Assembly (NCBI GenBank): GCA_965249145.1
Contig: OZ252223.1
Coordinates: forward strand, 2,323,881 to 2,387,880
Direction: 5' to 3'
DNA length: 64,000 bases
Origin: Dehalococcoidia bacterium
GTDB taxonomy: Bacteria > Chloroflexota > Dehalococcoidia > Lucifugimonadales > UBA3495
The position numbers and the translations under genes are program-made. The notes under the pieces were generated by a model that saw nothing but the letters and a program-made list of their open reading frames with translations, ran no database searches and was not told the DNA's origin. How positions within the stretch are numbered: the stretch's first letter is position 1; each line of letters opens with the position of its first letter. This document shows positions 9,591-19,051 of this stretch, piece after piece.

Positions 9591-9846
9591 CGGGGGTATG
9601 GGGCACGGGGTTCGCCCCGTCGGTTTTGTGAAATGGGCTGCGTGGGGCCGGTTTGGGATGCGGGAGAGCTATTCGGACGGCTGCGGCGGTTGGGCCGACT
9701 CGGTGGCGGGGCGAGCGCGGGCCCGCCGGTTGACTGACGTGTTCTTGATGATGCGCCCGCCGGCTCATCGCCTTGTAGCCGGTAATGTAATCGGGGCGGT
9801 GGGAATTGGCCCAGAGACCGGACAGCGCTTGGGCTTCCAGAGTATC

Positions 9847-10308
9847 TTATCCGCCCAGTGTTTCCGTTTCGTTAAATTCCTGCCCGGCTTCCGCCTCCGG
9901 ACCGGGTGGTGGCGGAAACCCCAAAGCCTGTGCGTAGAGGTCGAAGAACCCGGAGATCATCCGTTGGTAGCCTGAGACCACCTCGGTCCAGCCCTTGAGC
10001 AGCTCTTCGCCCGCGTCGGTGATGCTGTAGAACTGCTTGGCGGGACCGCTCTCGCCGGTCTGCCACTCCGAGGCCACCTAGCCTTGGCTCTCCAACCGGA
10101 GTAGCTCTTTGTAGAGCGTGGGGTGGTCAACTTCCGAGAACCCCATTCGGTTTAGTTGCTGGATGATGAGGTAGCCGTGGAGGCTCCACTGCTTGAGCAC
10201 CAAGAGCACCCAAGGGGTGAGCAACCCCCGGGGCAGCTTTTGGCTGAATTGCTATGGAGCTTTGGCAAGCCCGTTCGGTCGAGATACTATATGGATTGCC
10301 CGTATCAT
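9847..10308 (-). pseudogene. PadR family transcriptional regulator interrupted by in-frame TAG
   Basis: The minus-strand frame reads ...RGLLTPWVLLVLKQWSLHGYLIIQQLNRMGFSEVDHPTLYKELLRLESQG*VASEWQTGESGPAKQFYSITDAGEELL... with TAG at 10080-10078. A second TAG lies at 10254-10252 if the ATG at 10308 is the start. Confidence 0.6.
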
Positions 10309-10330
10309 TGTATATGGGTAGTATGGGTCA

Positions 10331-10579
10331 ATGAAGACGACAATTGAGATACAGGACGAATTGCTGGCCCGCGCCAAGCGCCATGCGAAGAGCACTGGCC
10401 GCCCGTTGCGGGCGTTGGTGGAAGACGGGCTTCGCCTTGTCCTGGCCGACGACTGGCCCAAGGAGCGATACAGACTACCGGACTATAGCGTTGGAGGTCC
10501 CGAGGGCCCGGATCCCCTAGCTTCGTATTCCTGGCGGAAATTGCGCGACTTGATCTACGAGGACCGACCAACGCAGTGA
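10331..10579 (+). CDS. vapB: type II antitoxin (VapB-like)
   Basis: 82-aa ORF with a MKTTIEIQDELLARAKRHA start typical of DUF2191/VapB-type antitoxins. Its stop overlaps the GTG of the PIN gene by 4 nt. Confidence 0.7.
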   Translation: MKTTIEIQDELLARAKRHAKSTGRPLRALVEDGLRLVLADDWPKERYRLPDYSVGGPEGPDPLASYSWRKLRDLIYEDRPTQ

Positions 10580-11022
10580 TCGCCGTAGATACCAACATTC
10601 TGGTCTACGCCCACAGGCAAAAGTCAGATTTTCATGAAGCGGCGGTCGAATTGGTGCGGGGGTTGGCTGAAGGTTATGTTCCTTGGGCGATTCCTTGGCC
10701 TTGCTGCTACGAGTTCTTCAGTGTTGCGACCCATCGTCGCCTCTGGAGAGATGCTGCATCCACGCCTGCACAGGCATGGCAGCAGTTAATTGGATGGACC
10801 GAATCCCCATCAAACCGGCTGATTGGTGAGACTCCGGGCTTCCTCGATATCCTCAGCCGATTCGTCCAGCGTCCGCGTGTCACCGGCGGTGTGGTCCACG
10901 ACGCCAGGATCGCCGCGATTTGCGTGGCACATGGGGTTGAGGCTCTGTTGACGAGAGACCGCGATTTTTCGCGGTTTCCGGAGCTGCGGATACGAGACCC
11001 TTTGGGTCGAACAATAGGTTGA
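10576..11022 (+). CDS. vapC: PIN-domain toxin VapC
   Basis: 148-aa ORF. Acidic PIN residues in IAVDTNILVY, ...EF..., HDARIAA and LLTRDRDF. Confidence 0.85.
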   Translation: MIAVDTNILVYAHRQKSDFHEAAVELVRGLAEGYVPWAIPWPCCYEFFSVATHRRLWRDAASTPAQAWQQLIGWTESPSNRLIGETPGFLDILSRFVQRPRVTGGVVHDARIAAICVAHGVEALLTRDRDFSRFPELRIRDPLGRTIG

Positions 11023-11149
11023 CGCTGCCCTCGGCGCCACCAGACCGTCGCACCCGGAGATTACTGACGCATCCCAATTGTGTAGCTATAACGCCGCATG
11101 TACACTGTGTGCGCCCCCATGAATTTCGTGTACAGGAGAACCTACAGCC

Positions 11150-11935
11150 ATGCCGGAAGTCACATCATACCCACAAGGTACACCTTCATGGGTGGAGCTT
11201 AACACCACCGACGAGGCGGGGGCCCTCGCGTTCTACGGTCCTCTGTTTGGCTGGGCCGACGACCCCCAGGAAATGGGGCCCGACTGGTACTACCACATGC
11301 AAAGGCTAAACGGTCTGGAGACTGCTGCCATCTATCAGCAAAGCGAGGAAGAGCGGGGCATGGGCATTCCGCCCCACTGGAACATTTACTTTACGGTGGA
11401 GAACGCCGACGAGATAGCCGAGAAAGTTGGGCAAAACGGCGGCAACGTGTTGTTTGGCCCAATGGACGTATTCGAGGCCGGGCGCATGGCGATGCTGCAA
11501 GACCGCCAGGGCGCGGCCTTCGCCATTTGGCAGCCGAACCAGCACATCGGTGCGCGAGTAAGATTCGAGCCGGGCGCAATAGCCTGGAACGAGCTGCTGA
11601 CCACGGACAAGGAAGACGCCGTCTCATTCTATCAAGCAGTCTTGGGCTTGGAGCGGGGCGAGACCATGGCCCCCATGGACTACACCATGGTCAAGGCTGG
11701 CGGCACCGAGGTTGCGGGCATGATGCAGACGACGCCCGACATGGGCGAGTTCCCTCCCCATTGGAGCGTATACTTTGGCGTAGCCGACGTGGACGCGACG
11801 GCGGCCCAAGCTCAATCGCTGGGCGGCACTGTGATAGTCCAGCCCGAGGACATACCGAGTATCGGCCGGTTTGCCGTCTTGATGGACCCCCAGGGAGCGG
11901 CGTTTAGCATCTTCCAGGGCGCGGAAGCGGCCTGA
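11150..11935 (+). CDS. two-domain VOC family protein
   Basis: 261-aa ORF. Duplicated modules: PSWVEL.T.D...A..FY..LFGW...HW..YF.V...D and WNELLT.D...A..FY..VLG...HWSVYFGV.DVD. Confidence 0.8.
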   Translation: MPEVTSYPQGTPSWVELNTTDEAGALAFYGPLFGWADDPQEMGPDWYYHMQRLNGLETAAIYQQSEEERGMGIPPHWNIYFTVENADEIAEKVGQNGGNVLFGPMDVFEAGRMAMLQDRQGAAFAIWQPNQHIGARVRFEPGAIAWNELLTTDKEDAVSFYQAVLGLERGETMAPMDYTMVKAGGTEVAGMMQTTPDMGEFPPHWSVYFGVADVDATAAQAQSLGGTVIVQPEDIPSIGRFAVLMDPQGAAFSIFQGAEAA

Positions 11936-11986
11936 CACTCCCAACTTACACTCCCCACTCGTAGACTCGATAGCTACGGAGGACTG

Positions 11987-13363
11987 ATGCCCACCCACAG
12001 CGCGGAGACCATCAAGGACCTGCAAGAATCGGCACTGGAGCACCTGTGGGTGTACCTCCGGGAGCCCAGCGACATGGCAGAGAAGGGGGAGCCCAGCGTT
12101 TTCGTATCCGGAGAGGGCGTACACGTGACCAACGCCGCGGGGGAAACGTTCATCGACGCCATGTCCGGGCTCTGGCTGAAGAATGTCGGCTACGGCCGGA
12201 CCGAGATCGCCGACGCCGCCTACGAGCAGATGAAGAAGCTCACCTACATGCCGATGGGCACCACCACCGAGCCGACCATCCGGCTGGCCGAGAAGGTGGC
12301 TGACCTCATGCCGGGTAACCTATCCCGTTCCTTCTTCACCAGCGGCGGGTCCGAGGCCATTGAGACGGCGATGAAACTCAGCCGTGCCTATTTCAAGCGG
12401 GTCGGCGAACCGCAACGGGTAAAATTCATCAGCCGAATTGGTTCCTACCACGGCGCGACGATGGGGGCCTTGGCCTTGGGCGGGTGGCCCAGCCTGTATC
12501 CAAAGGGCGATTACGAACCCCTGATGCCCGGCTCCTACCACGTGCCCCAGCCCAACTTCTACCGTTGCGAGTTCGGTTCGGAGACCCCCGAACAGTGCGG
12601 GGAGCGGAACATCAAGGCTATCGAAGACATGATCAAGTTCCAAGGGCCGGAGACGGTGGCCGGAGTGGTGGCCGAGCCGGTGTCCAGCCCCATGGGCGCG
12701 GTGGTGCCACCGCCGAACTACTGGCCAATGCTCCGCGAGCTGTGCGACCGCTATGGGCTGCTACTGATTGCCGACGAGGTGATCACTGGCTTCGGGCGCA
12801 CCGGCAAGATGTTTGCCTGCGAGCACTGGGGCATCGCGCCCGACATCATGACCGTCGCCAAGGGGATCACCAGCGGGTACATCCCCATGGGGGGAGCCAT
12901 CACCAGCAAAGCGGTGGCCGACGCCTTCATCGGTAGCCCGCGGGCGTCGTTCCGTCACGTGATCACCTTCGGTGGGCACCCGGTGGCCGCCGCCGCCGCG
13001 CTGCGCAACATTCAGATCCTGGAAGACGAAGACTTGGTTGGAAACTCCGCCCGTATGGGCGCCTACCTCCTTGATGGCCTCAGGGAACTGCAGGAAAAGC
13101 ACCAGATGATCGGCGTCGTCCGGGGCATCGGTCTGATGTGCGGGATGGAGCTGGTGCGGGACCGCGAGACCAAGGAGACTTTCCCGGCTTCGGCCGACTT
13201 GGGCAACCGGCTCACCTCGGGATTCTCCGAACAGGGGATTATCCTGCGGGGCAGCGACAACATGAACGTGATGCCGCCGCTCTGCGTCACCGCTGGTGAA
13301 ATCGACGAGATAATCGCGGGCATGGACCGGGCGTTCGAGCAGGTGGGCCGGGACCTGGGCTAG
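11987..13363 (+). CDS. class III (omega) aminotransferase
   Basis: 458-aa ORF. Hallmarks FFTSGGSEAIETAMK, LLIADEVITGFGRTGKMF and MTVAKGITSGY (PLP Lys). GGAGG RBS. Confidence 0.85.
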   Translation: MPTHSAETIKDLQESALEHLWVYLREPSDMAEKGEPSVFVSGEGVHVTNAAGETFIDAMSGLWLKNVGYGRTEIADAAYEQMKKLTYMPMGTTTEPTIRLAEKVADLMPGNLSRSFFTSGGSEAIETAMKLSRAYFKRVGEPQRVKFISRIGSYHGATMGALALGGWPSLYPKGDYEPLMPGSYHVPQPNFYRCEFGSETPEQCGERNIKAIEDMIKFQGPETVAGVVAEPVSSPMGAVVPPPNYWPMLRELCDRYGLLLIADEVITGFGRTGKMFACEHWGIAPDIMTVAKGITSGYIPMGGAITSKAVADAFIGSPRASFRHVITFGGHPVAAAAALRNIQILEDEDLVGNSARMGAYLLDGLRELQEKHQMIGVVRGIGLMCGMELVRDRETKETFPASADLGNRLTSGFSEQGIILRGSDNMNVMPPLCVTAGEIDEIIAGMDRAFEQVGRDLG

Positions 13364-13372
13364 GAACTCCGG

Positions 13373-14170
13373 CTACCGCATTGTCTCGAAGATCTCGGCC
13401 AATCGCTCAACGCGGGCCGGGTCAACCGGGTTGGACACGACGCCGTCCCGTTTGAGGCTGGTGCCGATAATCGCGCCGTCGGCGTGCTCCAACACCCGCC
13501 AAACGTTGGAGTCGTCGACGCCGCTACCCACCAGCACGAAGCCGCCGGGTACAGCCTTGCGCACCACCGAGACGTCGAAGCTGTTGGTGGGCTGCCCGGT
13601 GGCCGGGCCGGAGACGATCAGCCCGTCGGCCAAGCCGCGCCGCACCGTCTCTTGGGCGGTGAGCCCCAGGTCGGGATTGCCCACGGGCACAGCGTGTTTC
13701 ACCAGTACGTCGGCCAGCACCCTCACGTTCGACCCCAAGGATTGCCGCATCCGCATCGTCTCGTGGGCTTCGCCCTCGACCATACCCTCGTCGGCGGCCA
13801 TGGTCCCGTAGTGTACGTTCACACGGATGAATTCGGCGCCGGTCACGGTGGCCACCGCCAAGCCGGATATGGCATCGTTGCGCAACATGTTGATGCCGAC
13901 GGGGACCGACACGGAGGCACGCACACGGCTGACGGCCAGGGTCATCGCCGAGACCGTCTCCGGCGGCACCCGGCCGATGCGGAAGGGCGCGTCGCCAAAG
14001 TTCTCGACGATGATGCCGCGCACGCCGCCCCGCTCCAGCAACCGCGCCTCGGCCTCAGCGGAGAGCAGGACACGCTCCAAGTCGCCGCCCCAGCGCGGCG
14101 AGCCGGGCAGCGGCTGCAGATGCACCACGCCGACGAAAATTTTTCCGGGCCCGAAAAGCTCTCTGGTCAT
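13373..14170 (-). CDS. BtpA/SgcQ family protein
   Basis: ORF 13373..14218. ATG at 14170 (MTRELFG) with AAGGAAGGA upstream. BtpA-like blocks VVHLQPLPGSPRW, IIVENFGDAPF and GINMLRND. Confidence 0.7.
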   Translation of the reverse strand: MTRELFGPGKIFVGVVHLQPLPGSPRWGGDLERVLLSAEAEARLLERGGVRGIIVENFGDAPFRIGRVPPETVSAMTLAVSRVRASVSVPVGINMLRNDAISGLAVATVTGAEFIRVNVHYGTMAADEGMVEGEAHETMRMRQSLGSNVRVLADVLVKHAVPVGNPDLGLTAQETVRRGLADGLIVSGPATGQPTNSFDVSVVRKAVPGGFVLVGSGVDDSNVWRVLEHADGAIIGTSLKRDGVVSNPVDPARVERLAEIFETMR

Positions 14171-14193
14171 CGATTCTGCGTCCTTCCTTGCAG

Positions 14194-14562
14194 TTACGGC
14201 GCTGTGGTAATGCGGCACACGGGCCTTAGCAATCCTGACGAAGCCAGATTGATCACCCTAGGTACAAGAGGCTGGAGATCGTGTACCCGTGTCCGGCGCG
14301 TGACGAGCACGATTACAGGCAAAGGCAGATTCTCCAGGTTCTGCTGATATTCGATCCCTTGATCTGCGGTCAGGAGAGTATCGAATCCTTCGGCTGCGGC
14401 CAAACGAAAAAGCTCACCGTTCGATCCGCTGGCCCAACCCATGCGCGGGGCCGTTAGCACTTCGAATCCATCCGGAAATCGCCCGGCCAGTTGGCGCGGA
14501 ACCGACTCGTCTAGCAACAATTCAATCAGGCAGTCCGGTGAGCGCAACTTTGGTAAGTTCAA
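14194..14562 (-). CDS. DUF5615-like (PIN-like / Mut7-C-like) putative toxin
   Basis: 122-aa ORF. The core LLLDESVPRQLAGRF.DGFEV........G.SNGELFRLAAAEGFDTLLTADQG matches the DUF5615 pattern. Start uncertain: ATG 14562 overlaps the DUF433 gene by 41 nt. Confidence 0.55.
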   Translation of the reverse strand: MNLPKLRSPDCLIELLLDESVPRQLAGRFPDGFEVLTAPRMGWASGSNGELFRLAAAEGFDTLLTADQGIEYQQNLENLPLPVIVLVTRRTRVHDLQPLVPRVINLASSGLLRPVCRITTAP

Positions 14563-14722
14563 TCTCCCGGACCGCTAGGTCCCGGGAAACCGTTGGGAAA
14601 GTCACGAGACTATCCCCGGCTTCCAGATGCTCTATAAGGATACGAACGGGTATCCTGGCGCCGGAAAATACGGGTGTCCCACCGAGGATTTCCGGGCTTC
14701 GAGCGATTACGGGGTCCTTCAT
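14522..14722 (-). CDS. DUF433 domain protein (putative antitoxin)
   Basis: This is the C-terminal 66 aa of the 392-aa shadow ORF 14522..15700, starting at ATG 14722: MKDPVIARSPEILGGTPVFSGARIPVRILIEHLEAGDSL.... That is the classic DUF433 signature. Confidence 0.65.
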   Translation of the reverse strand: MKDPVIARSPEILGGTPVFSGARIPVRILIEHLEAGDSLVTFPTVSRDLAVREIELTKVALTGLPD

Positions 14723-14829
14723 ATCAAGCCTGTGGCAACCTCGAATGAATTGACACCAGACTATGTTACACGGTTTCCCAACCGATTGAGGAGCAGGCCG
14801 TGGCGATGTACGTCGCCTCTGGCCGACAG

Positions 14830-14838
14830 TGCTAGAAT
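14830..14838 (+). promoter_or_regulatory. extended -10-like motif TGCTAGAAT upstream of uvrA
   Basis: TGnTAGAAT lies 35 nt before the uvrA ATG. The identical 9-mer recurs at 18995-19003. Confidence 0.3.
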
Positions 14839-14872
14839 ATCGTGGAAGAGTATGGGTGAAGGGTAAGGTGGA

Positions 14873-17848
14873 ATGCCCCAGGATTTCATTCACGTTAAGG
14901 GCGCACGCGAACACAACCTCAAGAACGTCGAGATTACCATCCCCCGCGACAAGCTGGTGGTGATCACTGGCGTTTCGGGCTCCGGCAAGAGCTCCCTGGC
15001 CTTCGACACAATCTATGCCGAGGGACAGCGCCGCTACGTCGAGTCGCTGTCGGCCTACGCCCGCCAGTTCCTGGGGCGGATGGACAAGCCTGACGTCGAC
15101 TACATCGAGGGCCTCTCGCCGGCCATCTCTATCGACCAAAAGGGTGTCTCCCACAACCCTCGCTCCACCGTGGGCACCGTAACTGAGATTTACGACTACC
15201 TCCGGCTGCTGTTCGCTCGGGTTGGTATCCCCCACTGCTCTAAGTGCGGGCGGCAGGTGGAGCGGCAGACCGTATCCCAGATTGTTGATTCCATCATGAA
15301 CCTGCAGGAGGGCAGCCGCATTACGCTGCTGGCCCCCAAGATCCGGCGCAAGAAGGGCGAGCACAAGGACGTGTTCGAGGCCGCGAGACGGGCCGGGTTC
15401 ATCCGGGTCAGGGTCAATAACCAGATTATGATGCTGGACGAGACCGACACCCTGGACCTCGACAAACGCAAATGGCATTACATCGAATTGGTCGTAGACC
15501 GGCTGATCGTTCGCCCCGAGACCGAGATGAGCCGGGTGGCTGAATCCGTCGAGACCTGCCTGCGGGAGGGAGACGGGGTTGTCGAAGTGTTGCAGGAGGA
15601 CGGCGAGACACTGGTGTTCTCCGAGCAATTCGCCTGCGCCCACTGCGGCACCAGCTTGCCGGAAATCGAGCCTCGCACCTTCAGCTTCAACAGCCCCCAC
15701 GGCGCTTGCCAGGAGTGCACCGGACTGGGCTACAAGCTGGCCGTGGACCCGGAGCTGGTCGTCCCCAACAAGAACCTGTCGCTATCCGAGGGAGCGATTA
15801 CGCCGTGGGTGCGGGTCGGGGCCTCCGGGCCGTGGTACATCAGCCTAATGGAGTCGGTCGCGGCGACCAACGGTTTTTCCTCCAAGGTGCCGGTCAAGGA
15901 CCTCGAGCCAGAGCAGATCGACTTGATCCTCTACGGCAACGGCTCGCAGAAGATCACGGTCAGCCACCGCACTCACCGGGGCCGCAACTACAGTTGGGAG
16001 ACCAACTTCGAGGGCGTGATCCCCAACTTGGAGCGCCGCTACAAGACCACCGAGTCGGACTACGCTCGCTCCCAGATCGAACGATACATGTCGGCCCGCA
16101 ACTGCCGCTCCTGCAGCGGTAAAAGGCTGCGGCCCGAGGCCTTGGCTGTGCAGGTCTGCGGGCTCGGCATCATGGACGTCTGCGCCAAGAATATCGGCGC
16201 GGCCGCCGAGTGGGTGAGGGAGATCGACCCCGACGCCCCAGGCGAGCACAAGAAACAGGTGCTCACCACTCGCGAAAAGACCATCGGCAACCAGGTCCTC
16301 AAGGAGATTGACGGCCGTTTGCGGTTCTTGGAGGGCATCGGGCTTGATTACGTGACCATGGATCGCACGGCCCAGACCCTCTCCGGCGGCGAAGCCCAGC
16401 GGGTCCGGCTGGCCACCCAAATCGGTTCCGGACTGACTGGGGTGCTCTACGTTTGCGACGAGCCGACGGTGGGGCTGCATCCCCACGACGACCAGCGGCT
16501 GATCGATACGCTCAGCCGGTTGCGCGACATGGGCAACACGGTGCTGGTGGTGGAGCACGACGAGGCTATGATGCGCGCCGCCGACTTCATCGCCGACCTT
16601 GGCCCCGGGGCCGGCGAGCACGGTGGCCAGGTGGTGGCGACCGGCACGGTGGACGAAATCGAACAATCCGAGGAGTCGCTGACCGGCGCGTATCTGAGCG
16701 GACGCAAGCGGGTGCCAGTCCCGGCGGAGCGCCGCCCGGGCAACGGTCTCAGTCTGACCGTAAAGGGCGCCCGCGAAAACAACCTGCATAACATCGACGT
16801 CGAGTTCCCGCTGGGCCAATTGGTCTGCATCACTGGCGTCTCCGGCTCGGGCAAGAGCAGCCTGGTCTACGAGGTGCTGTACAAGCGGCTGAACCAAGTC
16901 TTGAACCAAGGGCGCGACCTGCCCGGCGCCCACGACGAGGTCACTGGCATCGAAGGCGTCGACAAGGTCGTGAAAATCGACCAGTCGCCGATTGGCCGAA
17001 CCCCGCGCAGCAACCCGGCGACCTACACCGGGGCCTTCACGCCGATTCGGGAGCTCTTCTCCAACCTGCCGGAAGCACGGGTGCGGGGCTACAAGCCCGG
17101 CCGCTTCTCCTTCAACGTCAAGGGAGGACGTTGCGAGGCCTGCCAAGGCGAGGGCTACAACCAGATCGAGATGCAGTTCCTGCCCGACGTGACCGTACCC
17201 TGCGAGATCTGCCACGGCCTGCGCTACAACCGGGAGGCGCTGGAAGTGACGATGCGGGGCTCGAGCATCGCCGATATTCTCGGCATGACGGTGGACCAAG
17301 CCCTGGAGTTTTTCATCAACTTCCCGCGCATCCGCCCCAAGCTGGAAACCCTGCGCGATGTCGGCTTAGGCTACATCCGCTTGGGCCAGCCGGCCACCAC
17401 GCTTTCGGGCGGCGAGGCCCAGCGGGTCAAGCTGGCCACCGAGCTCTCCAAGCGGGCCACCGGCAAGACCATCTACCTGCTGGATGAGCCCACCACCGGC
17501 CTCTCCTTCGAGGACTGCGCAGCGTTATTGGGCGTACTGCACCGCTTGGTGGATGCTGGCAACACGGTCATCCTCATCGAGCACAACCTGGACGTAATCA
17601 AGAACTCCGACTGGATAATCGACCTAGGGCCGGGGGCCGGCGACAAGGGCGGGCGATTGATCGCCACTGGCACACCGGAACAGCTCGCCCTCAACAAAAA
17701 GTCGCTCACCGGCCGCTACGTGAAGCGAGCCCTGGAGGCGGTCGGGGTCGAATTAGAGTCCTCCCCCACGCCAACCCGCAACGGCCGCAAACGCTCCACC
17801 GCGCCCAAGAAGTCCCGCGAGTTGGCGGCGGCCACTGCGGTGAACTAG
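14873..17848 (+). CDS. uvrA: excinuclease ABC subunit A
   Basis: 991-aa [16 protein letters not shown] start. Two ABC modules ([14 protein letters not shown] and [14 protein letters not shown]; LSGGEAQRV twice). CxxC zinc modules. Confidence 0.97.
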   Translation: MPQDFIHVKGAREHNLKNVEITIPRDKLVVITGVSGSGKSSLAFDTIYAEGQRRYVESLSAYARQFLGRMDKPDVDYIEGLSPAISIDQKGVSHNPRSTVGTVTEIYDYLRLLFARVGIPHCSKCGRQVERQTVSQIVDSIMNLQEGSRITLLAPKIRRKKGEHKDVFEAARRAGFIRVRVNNQIMMLDETDTLDLDKRKWHYIELVVDRLIVRPETEMSRVAESVETCLREGDGVVEVLQEDGETLVFSEQFACAHCGTSLPEIEPRTFSFNSPHGACQECTGLGYKLAVDPELVVPNKNLSLSEGAITPWVRVGASGPWYISLMESVAATNGFSSKVPVKDLEPEQIDLILYGNGSQKITVSHRTHRGRNYSWETNFEGVIPNLERRYKTTESDYARSQIERYMSARNCRSCSGKRLRPEALAVQVCGLGIMDVCAKNIGAAAEWVREIDPDAPGEHKKQVLTTREKTIGNQVLKEIDGRLRFLEGIGLDYVTMDRTAQTLSGGEAQRVRLATQIGSGLTGVLYVCDEPTVGLHPHDDQRLIDTLSRLRDMGNTVLVVEHDEAMMRAADFIADLGPGAGEHGGQVVATGTVDEIEQSEESLTGAYLSGRKRVPVPAERRPGNGLSLTVKGARENNLHNIDVEFPLGQLVCITGVSGSGKSSLVYEVLYKRLNQVLNQGRDLPGAHDEVTGIEGVDKVVKIDQSPIGRTPRSNPATYTGAFTPIRELFSNLPEARVRGYKPGRFSFNVKGGRCEACQGEGYNQIEMQFLPDVTVPCEICHGLRYNREALEVTMRGSSIADILGMTVDQALEFFINFPRIRPKLETLRDVGLGYIRLGQPATTLSGGEAQRVKLATELSKRATGKTIYLLDEPTTGLSFEDCAALLGVLHRLVDAGNTVILIEHNLDVIKNSDWIIDLGPGAGDKGGRLIATGTPEQLALNKKSLTGRYVKRALEAVGVELESSPTPTRNGRKRSTAPKKSRELAAATAVN

Positions 17849-17854
17849 ACCGCG

Positions 17855-18970
17855 ATGGGGGACTGCGGGCACTGCGGAGAGCGGGCGGGTTTTCTGCGCG
17901 GCAAGCACCGGGAGTGCGAGGCGGCCTACCTTGATGGCCAGCGGCAATTGGCCGAGGTCGCCTCAGAAGCCGCGGCAACTCCTAACTTTCACGAAGCGGC
18001 GTTGTTCGAGGCCCTGGCCGCCATCGCCAACCGGTCGTGGTCCGGCGACGACGAGATCCGGGCCGCCATCGCCGAGGGGTGGCGCCACGCGGTCCGTGAA
18101 AGCTTGGCCGATGGCATCCTGACCCAAGAGGAAGAGGCCAGACTGCGCGAGTTCCGCGAACGGGTTGCGATCCAACACGGGCCTGCTTCCCGGGAGGGGG
18201 CCCAACTGCTAGACAGGGCCTCCCGCGACCGCTTGATGCTGGACGCCCGGCTCGCCGCCCTGGCGGTGGAGGACGGCGACCGCCATCTCCACGAGCTCGG
18301 GGATATGCTCGCCAACTCCGGGCTTACCGGGCCGGAACAGCGAAGTCTCTTGGCCCAAGCTTGGGAGGCGGCGGTGGACGGTTCGTTGGAAGACGGCGCT
18401 CTATCGCTGGACGAAGAGGCGGCTCTGCTGAATTACTTGCGCCACTTCGAAATGACCGTGGAGGACGTCAACGCCAACGGCGCCCACCGGGACCTGGTGA
18501 AGTCGGCGGTCATCCGCGAGGCTGCGGAAGGGCTGACTCCAGACCGAGTCGCTATACCGGTCCACCCCTTCAATCTGCTAAAGTCGGAGAAGCTGGTCCG
18601 GGCCTTCGACCAAGTCGAATACCACGAGATCAAGACCAGGCGAGAACGCCGGGGCACTTCCCACGGGCTCAGCATCCGGGTGGCCAAGGGACTCTACTAC
18701 CGTCCCGGCACGTTCCGCAGCCAAGCCCACGAAGGGGAAGAGTCGGTCCATGCCGATACTGGCATCCTGGGCATCACCAACAAGCACATCTACTTCCATG
18801 GGCCCAGGAAGCGGTTCAGGGTGCGCTACAACAAGATTGTGTCCTTCGAGCCCTTTGCCGACGGCATCGGGATCATGCGCGACGCCCAAACCGCCAAGCC
18901 ACAGACCTTCATCACCGGCGATGGCTGGTTCACCTACAACCTGGTGACCAACCTGGCCCAGAACGAGTAG
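17855..18970 (+). CDS. hypothetical protein, operonic with uvrA
   Basis: 371-aa ORF starting 6 nt after the uvrA stop. N-terminal CGHCGE. Internally duplicated helical module. C-terminal beta-rich domain. Confidence 0.6.
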   Translation: MGDCGHCGERAGFLRGKHRECEAAYLDGQRQLAEVASEAAATPNFHEAALFEALAAIANRSWSGDDEIRAAIAEGWRHAVRESLADGILTQEEEARLREFRERVAIQHGPASREGAQLLDRASRDRLMLDARLAALAVEDGDRHLHELGDMLANSGLTGPEQRSLLAQAWEAAVDGSLEDGALSLDEEAALLNYLRHFEMTVEDVNANGAHRDLVKSAVIREAAEGLTPDRVAIPVHPFNLLKSEKLVRAFDQVEYHEIKTRRERRGTSHGLSIRVAKGLYYRPGTFRSQAHEGEESVHADTGILGITNKHIYFHGPRKRFRVRYNKIVSFEPFADGIGIMRDAQTAKPQTFITGDGWFTYNLVTNLAQNE

Positions 18971-18994
18971 ACGGTTCGGCCACGGTAACCCTTC

Positions 18995-19003
18995 TGCTAG
19001 AAT
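18995..19003 (+). promoter_or_regulatory. extended -10-like motif TGCTAGAAT upstream of the MBL hydrolase gene
   Basis: Same 9-mer as at 14830, 49 nt before the ATG at 19052. Confidence 0.3.
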
Positions 19004-19051
19004 ACCGGCGACGGAAAACATCAAGCTAACCAACGAATTTGGAGAGGGACT

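Noticed and set aside
10078-10254. In-frame TAG codons in PadR as evidence of stop-codon recoding (for example pyrrolysine or a reassigned amber codon).
   Set aside because: TAG terminates several confident genes in this window at positions consistent with family lengths, including those ending at 1-3, 1247-1249 and 17846-17848. A pseudogene or a sequencing error is more parsimonious.
14723-15700. The remainder of the 392-aa ORF 14522..15700.
   Set aside because: Only the last 66 codons are DUF433-like. The upstream part is antisense to uvrA and is low-complexity.
15845-17299. Very long ORFs antisense to or out of frame with real genes. Examples: 484 aa at 15845..17299 opposite uvrA; 337..1503; 5646..6665; 8225..9151; 38028..38975; 46051..46992; 52844..54142; 54616..55614; 55717..56862.
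   Set aside because: They are Arg/Pro/Gly/Ala-rich with no recognisable motifs. They lie entirely inside well-supported genes on another frame or strand. These are typical shadow ORFs of a high-GC genome.
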